From the human T2T-CHM13v2.0 reference genome, Homo sapiens, in NCBI RefSeq assembly GCF_009914755.1, contig NC_060931.1: a stretch of DNA of 64,000 nucleotides; one strand, given 5' to 3'. The notes beneath the pieces are model-generated. The model ran no database searches, was not told the origin of the DNA, and saw only the letters and a list, made by a program, of their open reading frames with translations. The position numbers were made by a program, and so were the translations under genes. Positions 1-12,810 of the stretch are shown one piece after another; within the stretch, counting starts at the first letter, position 1, and each line of letters starts with the position of its first letter.

Positions 1-112
1 GATCACATCAAGTTAAAAGGCTTCTGCACAGCAGAAATATATATACATACATATATTTTTGTGTTGTATTAAAAAAATCTTTGCCTAACCCAAGATCAAT
101 AAGATTTTCTGT

Positions 113-348
113 TTTTTATTTTTTAAATTTTTGTGGGTACATGGTAGATATATATATTTACAGAATACATGAGGGTTTTTTGGTCTTTTTTTTTTTCTTT
201 TTGTGGAGAACAGGGTTTTGCTATATTGTCCAGGCAGGTTTAGAACTCCTGGGCTCAAGCTGTCCTCCTGCCTCTGCCTCCCTAAGTGCTGGGATTACAG
301 ACGTGAGCCATCGTGCCTGACTACATGAGATATTTTGAAACAGGCATG
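113..348 (-). mobile_element. L1MA-type 3' end fragment interrupted by a FLAM
   Basis: Antisense L1MA 3' terminus (ttttgtgggtacat...tacatgagatattttgaaacaggcatg); tacatgag repeated on both sides of the FLAM. Confidence 0.6.
186..321 (-). mobile_element. FLAM (free left Alu monomer)
   Basis: Poly-T followed by the reverse complement of a single left Alu arm. Confidence 0.85.
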
Positions 349-350
349 AC

Positions 351-800
351 TGTTCATAGGATATATAGTCATAATAGCCCAAAACTGGAAACAACCCAAA
401 CATAGGTATTCATCAACTGATGAATGGATAGACAAATTGTGGTATATTCATAGAATGCAATACTACTCTGCAATAAAAAGGAACAAACTACTGATACAGG
501 AATGAACTTAAAAAGCATTAGGCTAAGTGAAAGAAGCCAGACACAAAATATTTCATTTCTATGAAATCCTAGAAATAACAAAACTATAATGATAGAAAGC
601 AGATTGGTTATTACCATAGGCCACGCTGTAGAGTATTGGTGGACATGTGTGGGAACTTTTGGAATGATATAAGTATTCTATATCTTGATTGGAGAGGCTG
701 TTATATGGTTGCACACATTTTCAAAACTCATTGAATTGTCCACATCAAATAGGTGGATTTTATTGTATGTAAATTATACCTCAATAAAGCTGATTGAAAA
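351..800 (+). mobile_element. Old L1M (L1MB/MC/ME-type) 3' end
   Basis: aaactggaaacaaccc...gaatggatagacaaattgtggtatattcata, ending aaattatacctcaataaagctg. Confidence 0.8.
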
Positions 801-1244
801 TCCTCTAGATAATAATACTTCCTTTTCTATTTTTTTAAATAGCAGATGAAAGAAATATTCTGATGCGAATATTTTGATGTGGATGGGGAATTGGTTTATA
901 AAGATGGGAGATGACAGGGTAAATACTGAGTACAACTTTCCCTGGGTGGAGATGTGTCAAGAACAACATTTCTTCCCCTAGAGATTAGTGCTCAAATTGA
1001 TCTTATTTGATGCTAATATAAAGAAACGTGACTGTGTAGAAAGCAGAGTTTGTAGATAAGCTTTAAACTTCCTTCACTAGTGTATGTCAAGTGGATGAAG
1101 ATGAATTGCTGGATGATTTCATACTGAGTGCATAAAGATAGGTAATGCATTTTAGGAAAAGCCATTTAAGCCTACATTAATACTATCATAAGGGCTCAAG
1201 TTATTTTATTGGAATACGTTAAACCGTTTCCTGAAAATAATAAC

Positions 1245-1925
1245 TGTTGTAGACATGATATGGTATTCTGGTTAAAAAGGAATTTGTTATCTTTTAGAGG
1301 TAAATACTGAAGTATTTATAAATGAAGTTATAGGATATCTGGGGTTTGCTTTAAAATAATTCAGTGGGGTTGTGGGGAGAAGTTAGGGGTGGGAGTGGCT
1401 AGGAACATGGATGCAATAAGATTAGATATGTACTGATAATTGTCAAAGCTGAGTGATGGGCACAGGATGTTTACTTTTCTATTTTCTTTATTTTGTGTAT
1501 GCTATGGTTTGAATATTTATCCCCTCCAAAACTCATGTTGAAACAATCCCCAATGTGGCAGTATTGAGAAGCAGGGCTATTGAAAGGTAATGGAATTGAT
1601 GGACTAATGGGTTAATGGATCAATGGGTTATCATGGAAGAGGAACTGGTGACTTTATAAGAAGAGAGACCTGAGCTAGCACGTTAGCATGCTCAACCTCC
1701 TTGCCATGTGATAACCTGTGCAGCCTCCAGACTCTAGAAAGTCCCAGTTAACAAGAAGGCCCTCACCAGATGTGGCTCCCCTGACCTTGGATTTCTCAGT
1801 CTCCATAATTGTAAGAAATAAATTCCTTTCTTATATAAATTACTCACTTTCAGATATTCTGTTATAAGCAGCAGAAAATGGACTAAGACAGTATATGTTT
1901 GAACATTTCCAAAATAATAGGTTGA
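1245..1925 (+). mobile_element. Old L1M (L1MC4/ME-like) 3' UTR split by a MaLR LTR
   Basis: aatactgaagtatttata...gatatctggggtttgctttaaaataattc; resumes after 1890. Confidence 0.65.
1500..1890 (+). mobile_element. MaLR solo LTR (MLT1A/MST-like)
   Basis: TG...CA termini tgctatggtttgaa...aatggactaagaca; 5-bp TSD gtgta/gtata. Confidence 0.9.
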
Positions 1926-2575
1926 CTTTGTTTGTTTTTTAGTTTTCTAGGAAAAAAAAATCTGTCTTCACTTAGATGAGCTTGGCCTGGAGTCACCCTG
2001 GACTCAACTACATGGTCCATAAGGAAATAAAAATAAGTTGAAACTAGGCTCTCTAAAAGTGTTTTTTTAGGTCAAGGGAATGGGTTAGACAGCAGAATCA
2101 CCAGGGGTGCTCATCGATTCTACGCTGAGGGTCTCTCCAGAGGATTTAATTTGACTGGGTGGCAAGTTCAGCAGGTATCCCCTGGCAGAGGTGACACCCA
2201 AAGTCTGATGGATACAGGTTTGTGCTTCTGAACTAATCTGGCTCTGTGCTATTTGAACTGAGTCACAAGGCACAAACTGAGGCTTTAAAAGACAGTATTC
2301 AAACCCTTGGGGAAATTAAAGGGCTACGTAGACTTGTAGGACCCCTGCAAATGAGAAATATTTTGGGAATATCCATAATCAATGCGAAGGGAGAGGGTCA
2401 CCACATCATTCCAACAGGCTGCTGTGAATCATAAACCCAACAGAATGCTAGGATCAGACACAACACGGAACACAAAATTATTCCATCCCATACATTAATT
2501 GCCAATCCTCAAAAAATACACATTAGAAATTAAAGAAAAATTAGAGAAGGATAACTAATTATTGTATTAGAAAAC

Positions 2576-2918
2576 CAGCCATAAAAATGATGAGTTCATG
2601 TCCTTTGTAAGGACATGGATGAAGCTGGAAACCATCATTCTCAGCAAACTACCGCAAGTACAAAAAACCAAACACCCCATGTTCTCACTCATAGGTAGGA
2701 ATTGAACAATGAGAACACATGGACACAGGAAGGGGAACATCACACACCAGGGCCTGTTGTGGGGTGGGGGGAGGGGGGAGGGATAGCATTAGGAGATACA
2801 CCTAATGTTAAATGACGAGTTAATGGGTGCAGCACACCAACATGGCACATGTATACATATGTAACTGACCTGCACATTGTGCACATGTACCCTAAAACTT
2901 GAAGGATAATTAAAAAAA
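2576..2918 (+). mobile_element. 5'-truncated young L1PA 3' UTR (L1PA3/4-like)
   Basis: Canonical L1PA 3' UTR with G-rich tract and A tail; TSD agaaaacca at 2569-2577 and 2919-2927. Confidence 0.93.
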
Positions 2919-3509
2919 AGAAAACCAATGAAAATCTATGACAACAAGAGACCAAAATATGGCAATTTTGGAGATTTGAAGGCTGTAAATTCATAGAAAT
3001 GTAAATATGGTAATATAGACTTTTTCACTAAATCCTAATATGCCAGACCTAGAGGATACAACTCAAAGCTTAAAAGACGTAGTTTTATCTCAGTGAAAGG
3101 AGGTACTACTTTATAAGAACATTTAGCTAAAAACAGGAAAATGCTCATGCAGGGTTTAACTAGCAAATAATAAAATATAATTAAAGTAAGGTAGGGTGTT
3201 TGAGAAAAAAGAAAATCCTAAACATTTTGAGGCTGACATCATGGAAGTCATCTAAGCTTTTTACTATGTATCCATTGGCACTACTTCCAAGGCTGAGTTG
3301 GACAGATCATCTGTGTTGCCAAATACTGCCGTTCTTAAGTTTTCAAGATGTGAATAAAACCCACGAGTCACTGCTAGAATTGCTATTGGTCCTTGTATAT
3401 ACAAAGAGTTTCCATTTCTAGAGTTAGACGTAAGAATACACTTTAGCCAGGAGCAGAATTATGGGGCATTGTGCCATCCCAGCCACCATCCCCTGAAAAC
3501 CTGCCCTTC

Positions 3510-4034
3510 TAGCTATGTAACTGTGTAACAGCTATCACAAAACTTAGCGCCATAAAACAGCATTCACTTTGTTTCATAATTTTACAAGTCACAAATTTGA
3601 GAAGGGCTCAACTAGGTGATTCTTCTGCTCCATGTGTCATCAACTGGGGTCACTCGTGCTATTCAGCTGGTGCCTGGGCTAGGCCGGAGTGCCCATGATG
3701 CTTCTTTCATGCACCTGATGTCTCAGCAGAGATTGCAAAAGGCTGGGTTCTGCTGAGCCCCTCTCCCTCACTATGTAATATCAGGGTCTCTCCACACGTT
3801 TACTTCAGCAGGGTAGTTAGACTTCTTATCTGATGGCTGATGTAAGATCAGGTGCCAAGAACAGAGGAAGCTGTCAGACCTCTTAAAATTCAGGCTCACT
3901 ACTGGCATCATGTCACTTCTGTTGTACTCCATTGGTCAAAGTAATCCAGGCCAGCTCAGATTCAAAGGGAGAAGAAATGGATCTCTCAATGGCAGGAATT
4001 TTAAATAACTTGAGGTCATCTTTAATTCACCACA
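3510..4034 (-). mobile_element. Old MaLR LTR (MLT1G/H-like)
   Basis: tgtgtaacagctatcacaaaacttagc...cacttctgttgtactccattggtcaaag...ttcaccaca. Confidence 0.7.
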
Positions 4035-4171
4035 GATGCCCTTAAAAAAAACTGTCAGGAACTGAAAGATATCCCCGTCTGCACTTACGGAAAGCCAGAA
4101 TGAAATTTTCCTGGACTAAATTCTTTTTCAATAAAAAAAGGATAACTAGTTCTACATACCTTAATATTCCT

Positions 4172-4203
<32 letters not shown>

Positions 4204-4391
4204 TAGATGGAGTCTCGCTGTGTCGCTCAGGCTGGAGTGCAGCGGTGCGATCCTGGCTCACTGCAAGCTCCGCCTCCTGGGTTCATGCCATTCTGCCTCA
4301 GCCTCCCGAGTAGCTGGGGCTGCAGGCGCCCGCCACCACGCCCAGCTAATTTTTTTTTTTATATTTTTAGTACAGACGGGGTTTCACTGTG
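4172..4391 (-). mobile_element. 5'-truncated AluY
   Basis: AluY diagnostics ctgcaagctccgcc, gttcatgccattct; TSD aatattcctgtt (4163) / aatatttctgtt (4392). Confidence 0.9.
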
Positions 4392-4489
4392 AATATTTCT
4401 GTTCTTAACCCAACAAAAAGAATATTCCCAGGCACATATGGAAGTGTTCTGTTCCTCAGTTTGCCCATATGTATATATGTGTATGCATC

Positions 4490-5073
<584 letters not shown>

Positions 5074-5229
5074 GAGGCATCTCTTAATACATTGCATTAC
5101 ATAATCATTACAATAACTTGGCAAGCAGAGATTATTAGCCCAGCATCACAAACTATGACCTGAATTTGAAGCCAGGTTCATTATGACTGTAAAGCCTACA
5201 GTCACATTACAAATGTAGTAGAGAAATAA

Positions 5230-6110
5230 CTATTGGCAAGAATTTGAAGCAACAGGAACTCTCCTACACAGCTGAGGAAAGCATACGTTGTTGCAGTCAT
5301 TACAACCAATTTGGAACACACTTATTCAAAAGCATATCTTGAGTGACCCAGTATTTCCAATACCAGATAAATTTCCTAGGGACACTCATGCACATGTACA
5401 CAACGAGATGTGTACATGTATTTGTAACTTCATTGTTAGTAACACCAAAGAAACAGGAAACAACACAAATGTCAATCAATAGTAGAATAGATAGCTAGGT
5501 GGTAGTGTGTTCATACACTGGAATATGCAGAGGTGAAAATGAAACACGTGGAACAGCATGCATACACAAGGATGAATCTTAAAAATCCAATAATAATAAT
5601 AGACACTGGGGACTCCAAAGAGGAAGGAGAGAGGAGAGGGCTAAAAAAAGTACCCATTGGGTACAATATTCACTAATTAGGTGATGGGTACACTAGAAGC
5701 CCAAACCTCACCATCATGCAATATATTCCTGTATATTGGATGAATTTTGTGTTTTATGTTTTATCACCTTACTTCTTCATAGTTTTATCCTCAATGTTGT
5801 ATTTTAACTAACATATTGTTCATTTTTTATGTTTTTAAGCTTTATACAAATGGAATCATAGGTATTTATCTGTTACATATCCATGTAACAAACCTGAACA
5901 TGTACCCCTGAATCTAGAAAAAAAAAATAAATAGTAACATGAAAAAAAAATCTAAAAAGAAAAAAAAAAAAAGGAAATCTAATACTGAGACACTGGAGTA
6001 AGCCAAAGATGAATCCCTAGCTAGGATTCCATTTGCATAAAGCATAAAAACAGAGAAAAAAAGAACAATATAGTAGTTTAAATGCAACATAGAGGATAAA
6101 ACTATGAAGA
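5230..6110 (+). mobile_element. Degraded L1M 3' fragment hosting a younger L1
   Basis: gaagcaacaggaactctc...ggatgaatcttaaaaa; resumes after 5975. Confidence 0.55.
5598..5975 (+). mobile_element. L1PA15-17/L1PB-like 3' end
   Basis: atagacactggggactcc...gaagcccaaacctcacc...gtaacaaacctgaacatgtacccctgaatcta plus A tail; degenerate TSD aaatc(c/t)aata. Confidence 0.75.
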
Positions 6111-7549
6111 AGTAAGGTGATCAAACACAGAATTCAGCCAGGAAGAAGACGGATGTGATCTGACAGGAACACACAAGGGGCATCCAGAATACGACAGCGT
6201 TTTATCTCTTGACCGAGGTGGGAGTTGTTTCACTGTTTTTCTTCTGACTAAAGTTCATTCTTTACACAGCTAACTATCTCAGTTATTCTCCTACCATGTT
6301 TCAATACCCACAGCTACTTAGCCACACTGCAGCTATCTGTTGATTGCTTTCCCATCATCCATCCAGCATGACTGGGCAGGATGCACTACGGTGATTGATG
6401 TCCCTGCTCCTACACTGGCCAGCTCCCACCGAAGGTCCATTAATACACCAGGGCAATCTGCTTTAATATGTGTTTGAAGATCCGTTACACAAAAAGATAG
6501 GTTATTGCTTTTCTAATAAATCTCCAAGAAAGAACATTTTTTTTATTTTTTAACTTATTTTGGTAAAATATATTATTCTCAAGTTTTCCTTTGCATCTCA
6601 CTTTTTAAACCATCACCAAATGCCACTGTGAGATATGTTACTTTAGAAGCAAAAGACTCATTATATCTATATGGAAAGAGTAACCATAGTCTTCACTATA
6701 AGTAAATTTGTCTATATTTGTCATGTACAAAGAACAGGAAAAACATGTTTATAGCTTGATATTGCAGATAGATGTAATGAAAGAGGATGGGAAATTTCAC
6801 TGCCCCAGTGTAGAAAAACAAAATCATTAGAGAAGTAAACAATGCATTTAAATAATGCATTCTATTTTGCTAATAGATATGCTAGAGCAAATACAGATTT
6901 CTAAAATTATCAGTTTTCCACTCCACAAAGGAAATAAATATGATAACTAGAAAAATCCAAGTGAAATATATTTTATTTCTGCTTGTTGGCATAAAAGCAA
7001 AGCAGAAAGACTTCTTAGGGGTTTTTCCCCCTTTAACAATAAGTTAATGTCAAAATAACTGAAGAATTTAACATTACAACTCTCTCTCCCTCACATAAAG
7101 GCCCTAATAGCTCTTAGTTCAACAGGTAACTATTAAGTCAAAACAAAGCAAATTAAAATATATTCCCTGGAGGTCACACTTCTACCAGATTAAAATAAGA
7201 CAGTAAGTTATGCATCAGGTAAGAAAAATTATGCTTCTAGAGCAATTTAACAAGAAAGTATTTTTCTCCACTCGTGAAACTTTTAAAAATTGGCAGTTTG
7301 ACACTGTTGGTAAACTAGCACAGCCACCGTGAAGAACAGTGTGGAAATTCTTCAGAAAACTACAAATAGATCTACTATATGATCCAGCAATCCCACTACT
7401 GGGGATTTATCCAAAGAAAAGGGAATCATTATATTGAAGAGATATCTACATCCCCATGATTATTGCAGCAGTATTTACACTAGCCATTATATAGAATCAA
7501 CCTAGGTGTCCAACAATAGACGAATGCCTAAAGAAAATGTGGTGTATAT

Positions 7550-8015
7550 TTCTAGCCTGGCACGGTGGCTCATGCCTATAATCCCAGAGCTTTGGGAGGC
7601 TGGGGCATGTGGATCACGAGGTCAGGAGTTCAAGGTCAGTCTGGACAACATGGTGAAGGCTGGTCTCTACTAAGAATGGAAAAAATTAGCCGAGTGTGGT
7701 GGTGCACGCCTGTGGTCCCAGCTGCTTGGGAGGCTGAGGCAGAGAGTTGCTTGACCCCAGGAGGCAGAAGTTGCAGTGGGCCGGGACTATGCCACTGCAC
7801 TCCAGACTGGACAAAAGAGCAAGACCCTGCCTCAAAAAAAGAAGGAAAAAGAAAAGAAAGAAAGAAACTGGTTTTCTAAAAAATAAGAAAATCTGAATAA
7901 AGTATGGCTTTAGTTAATAATACTACATCAATATTGGTTCACTACTTATGAAAAAATATACTATATTAACATATATTAATAATAAATTGATGTATGTTTA
8001 TGTGAAAAAAAAAGA
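7550..8015 (+). other. L1-mobilised retrocopy of a polyadenylated transcript 3' end (Alu + L1M fragment + AATAAA + poly-A)
   Basis: 20-bp TSD aaagaaaatgtggt(g/a)tatat at 7530-7549 and 8016-8035; AATAAA at 7981-7986; poly-A from 8005. Confidence 0.8.
7554..7866 (+). mobile_element. AluSg-like element, heavily A>G substituted
   Basis: Full dimer; ggatcacgaggtcaggagttc diagnostic. Confidence 0.9.
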
Positions 8016-8739
8016 AAAGAAAATGTGGTATATATACACACACACACAATTAAATACTATTCAGCCATAAAAAAAGAATGAAATCTTGTCATTTGCAGCA
8101 ACATGGATGGAGGATATTGTGTTAAGTGAAATAAGCCAGGAACAGAAAGTTAAACACAGCATGTTCTCAATCACGTGGGAGCTTTAAAAAGTGGATTTCA
8201 TAGAAGTAAAAAGTAGAAGAGAGGATACTAGAGACTGGGAAGGGCAAGGGAAGGAAGGGATAGGGAGAGATTTGTTAAAGTACACAAAACTGCAGCTAGA
8301 TAGGAGGAAGAAGTTCTAGGGTTCTCTAGCACTGTAAGATGACTATAGCTAACAAGAATATATTATATAGCTTCAAATGACTGCAAGGAGGATATTGAAT
8401 GTTCCCAACACAAAAAATGATAAATGTTTGAGATGATGGATGTGCTAATCACTCTGATCTGACCACTATACATTATATACATCAAAACATCACTATGCAC
8501 CCATGAATACATACAATTAGTTTTTGCCAATTTACAAAAATAAAATTTGTAAATTAAAAACAAAAACAAGTAATGGGGAAAGCAAAAAAAAGGAAAAAGA
8601 TAAATCTTAGAAGCCACATGAGACTGGTGTCAGTCTCTACAAAGCTGGAAGTGGGTAAAATCTGTCCTCACCTTCTCCAGTTTCCCTCTCTGCTCTTCTT
8701 CCTCTGGTTTCCCTTCTGAACTCCTCTTCTACATGTCAC

Positions 8740-9230
8740 AAAGGATGAATCTTCTCAGGGTTTGGTCCTGTGCCCTCCTCTCTTCTCTCTACATTCTTGG
8801 GTGCTTTCATTTATCCCCACAGGAACACTGTGTCTTATATTTACTGAGAGCCTATTGGCCCAGGGCTTACAGTCCATTGGATAGTCACCTGAATGTCCTA
8901 AAATCAACACATTCCCAAATGAAAACCTCACCTTCTTTGTGAACCTCCTTTTGTATTCCTCCTTTTAGATTGGTGGCATCAACTTTTCTTTACCTCACCC
9001 CCATGTGCAATGATTCACTAAGTCTTATTGATTATACTTCTGAAATATTCTTTTTTAAATGTGTCTTATGTCCAAGCTCACAATCTCTGTTAATTCTAAG
9101 AGACAACCTTCTAAATAAATGGCCTTTGAATCTCAAGGAACTTTCTCCCAAACTGTGTTTTTTTTTTTTTTGGTAACAGTTTCCTCAAAGTTATGTTTTA
9201 GAACTCAGATCTAATCATGCTGTTTTTTCT
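8740..9230 (+). mobile_element. L2 fragment
   Basis: Pyrimidine-rich L2-like motifs (cagggtttggtcctgtgccctcctctcttctctctacattc; cagatctaatcatg). Confidence 0.55.
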
Positions 9231-9270
9231 ATGTAAACAGAAAAACAAAGAACAAAAAAATTGGTAGTCT

Positions 9271-9570
<300 letters not shown>

Positions 9571-9854
9571 AACTTGGTAGTTTGACATATTCTTGACATA
9601 TTCCATTTCTTTTTAATTTTATAAAAAATACATTCCCAAATCATGTGATTTTTCTATTACATATGCTTAAGATAACTATTTTCAAAGTAAAGAACAAAAT
9701 CAAGATATATGATGAGGGTTTATGTTTGCCTTTAGTAGTATTAAATAGGATTCCCTAGTAACACTCGTTATCATTATTAATATAATACTAGATTTCCTAA
9801 ATCTTTCCTAGACAATAGGGAACATAAGTAATATAAAATCAATTCTACCATTTT

Positions 9855-10015
9855 GTGCTAAGCCTTGTATATTATCTCTAATCCTTAGAACATCCATGCA
9901 AGGTTGAACTATTCCCACTTTGTACATGAGGACATTGAGGCTTAGAGAAGTTGAACAACTTGCTCAACACTGCATTGCTGGCAAATGGCCTGATGGGGAT
10001 TTGAATCCAGATCTT
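9855..10015 (-). mobile_element. MIR
   Basis: Antisense core: atgaggacattgaggcttagagaagttgaacaacttgctc...gggatttgaatccag. Confidence 0.75.
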
Positions 10016-10105
10016 CTATTACTCCTATGTTATTATGGAATGTGTTAAAGTTGTTATAATCCAAGAGCTTTATTTATACTTATGTCAGTTAAAATATAGC
10101 TTTTG

Positions 10106-10427
<322 letters not shown>

Positions 10428-10911
10428 TTAACACAGCAATGCCTGCCACAGATGAGAAAATTTGTAATGTTTCCAAAAGGCCATCATTTTAAAAGTTTCG
10501 ACTCTCAAGGAGTGTTTTCTGCTATTTAAAACTTGATTAGAACATAGATTCATCCATATAGCTACTACCCTTACAATAACACAAAGGTTGATGGAGGTGA
10601 ATGTTCTAGACTAGCAGTCAGTTGTAAATATTATTGCTGACAGTTAACTAGAAACACAATATTCAATAAAGATATTACATATCCACTAAAACTCAAAGCA
10701 CAATTTTAAACTGATCTTTACTTGATGAGTTTAAACTCAGAATCCTACATAAAAGAGACATCTTTGGAAAATAATATAACCACCTCCATTTTCAAATAGA
10801 TTTGCACATTACTGTTTGAGATTTTGAAAAACACTGTACTGACAAAACTCCCTGTGTTCCAGTAATAAACAAGATTCTGATTCTGGACATACTGCAGTTC
10901 TCACAGTAGGA

Positions 10912-11105
10912 GCAGAAAGAAAAAAAAAGGGAAAAAAAGAAGAAGAGAATAAAAATAAGGAGGAGGAAGTGGAAGGATACAGAAAGAAAAAAAGGAAGAA
11001 GGAAGAAAAGGAAAATGAAGAAGAGGAAGAGGTAAAGGAAGAAGAAAAGGAATGACGGAAGAAGAGGAAGTGGAGAAGAAGGAAGAAGAAAAGAGGCAGG
11101 AGAAT
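10912..11105 (+). repeat. GA-rich low-complexity polypurine tract
   Basis: About 190 bp almost entirely A/G (gaagaa, ggaa units). Confidence 0.9.
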
Positions 11106-11369
11106 GATAATCTGCTATGATAGTCTAACTCCAGATAACCATTTGGAATTCTGTTCACAGATCTTTGGAACACCTCCACGTTTTTCTGAGTACTTGATTT
11201 ACATTGCTGTACTAGACCCTACTTGGGGCCAGACCAAAAAAAAAAAATGACTAAGTCATCCCTGTCACTAAATATAGACACTGCCACCAGAGAGCAGACT
11301 CTGTACAATAAGTTGGAGCTGGCCTCATTAGGAGTATGGAGTTCAACTTACCAAGAGTGGAAATAGAAC

Positions 11370-12010
11370 TAATATTTGTTGATTACCTACTAGGTTTCTG
11401 GTCTTATGTTAAGTGCTTTACATATATTTTGTCACTTGTATTATTATTAAATTATTATCATAATATTATTTTTATTTTATTGGTACATAATTTTACATAG
11501 TTATAAGGTACTTGGGATACTTCAATGCATGCATATGTTGTACGCATCTCTTGTTAAGCAAATCATGGTTATGGTACACCCATCACCTCAAACATTTACC
11601 ATTTCTTTGTGCTGAGAACTTTCCACATCTTCTCTACTAGTAGTGATCTTGACATATACAATAAGTTATTGATAACTATAGTCACACTATTATACTATTG
11701 TAGACTAGAATTTATTCCTTCTATCTAACCATATTTTTGTACCCATTAACTAACCTCGCTTTATCATGTCCTCCCCCTACCCTTCCCAACCTCTGATAAT
11801 CATTCTACTCTACCTCCATGAGATCAATTTTTTTTAGCTCCCACATAAGAGTGAGAACACGCAATACTTGCTTTTCTGTGCCTGGCTCATTTCACATTAT
11901 CATAATATTATTATAGTTGTTTACAGATTGGAAAACTGTGACTTGGGGAGATTAAGTAACATTTCCATGGTTGCACCCAAGTAAATGGCAGCTCAGAATT
12001 TAATCCTGCT
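11370..12010 (-). mobile_element. MIR split by an L1MA
   Basis: aagtgctttacatatatt ... tttacagattggaaaactgtgacttggggagattaagtaac. Confidence 0.7.
11471..11895 (-). mobile_element. L1MA 3' end
   Basis: Antisense L1MA 3' UTR; perfect 17-bp TSD attatcataatattatt at 11454-11470 and 11896-11912. Confidence 0.88.
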
Positions 12011-12470
12011 TGACTTTATCTATGTTTATCTCCTACCTCACTGACCTACACATGTATGGTGTTTCTTAGTGATATATTTTAAATAGTAGCTCAAGCTTCC
12101 CTTCCCCCTACTTCTCTTTGAGGAGAAGAGCTGATGTGGGTAGAGACCAAAGTCAATGCAACTGGGCTATGGAATTATGGAGTGAAGTTTTCAGAACAGG
12201 TCAAAGTCTCTTGTGTCTACTTTGCTTGCTGCCTTCTTTAGCCACCCATTCTTGGCTTCTCACTTGCCTAGACTTAAGTACAGTGTGAGCAAAACTATTT
12301 GAGGGGAGGGATAGCCATGTGTGCTATTGTCCATGGTCCTGAAAGAGCATGCACATTATGGATTGCTTCTCTAGGAAGTAGATGTGGCTATGGACCTGGA
12401 ATAGGGACACCAAACCTAGCAGAACCAGATGTGATCAAAGGAAACTGAGGCACAGAGTTGATGACTTAAA

Positions 12471-12665
12471 CAGCACTGTCCAATAGAACTTTCTGCAATG
12501 ATGGCAATGTTCTAATTCTGCATTGTCTAATGCGGTAGCTACTAGCTACATGTGGCTATTCGGCTCTTGAAATTTGACCAGTAGACAACTAATTGTTTAA
12601 GTTTATTTAACTTTAGCTAATTTATATTGAAATAACTACATGTGTACCATATTGGACAACACAGG
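12471..12665 (+). mobile_element. MER3 (hAT-Charlie MITE)
   Basis: TIRs cagcactgtccaata / tattggacaacacag; agctacatgtggct core. Confidence 0.85.
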
Positions 12666-12679
12666 TTAGATCATCAATA

Positions 12680-12810
12680 CTAAGCTGTTTACTGAAAACA
12701 CAGATTCTTGGGTACCATGTAAGATATACTAAAATCAGAATCTCTGAGGTAAGCTCAGGTATGGGCATTTTTAACCAGAAGTTCCTGTGCTTATTGATGT
12801 TTGAGAACCA
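12680..12810. mobile_element. MER5-type hAT fragment
   Basis: cagattcttggg...aatcagaatctctgaggt...gcatttttaac...gtttgagaacca. Confidence 0.7.

Larger units (their letters stand above)
7303..8560 (+). mobile_element. L1MA (L1MA2/3-like) 3' end, interrupted at 7550-8015
   Basis: ORF2 C-terminal and 3' UTR motifs (gatccagcaatcccactactggg; gctagataggaggaagaagttctag). Confidence 0.88.

Noticed and set aside
2761-2783. G-quadruplex-like tract
   Set aside because: Standard part of the L1PA 3' UTR.
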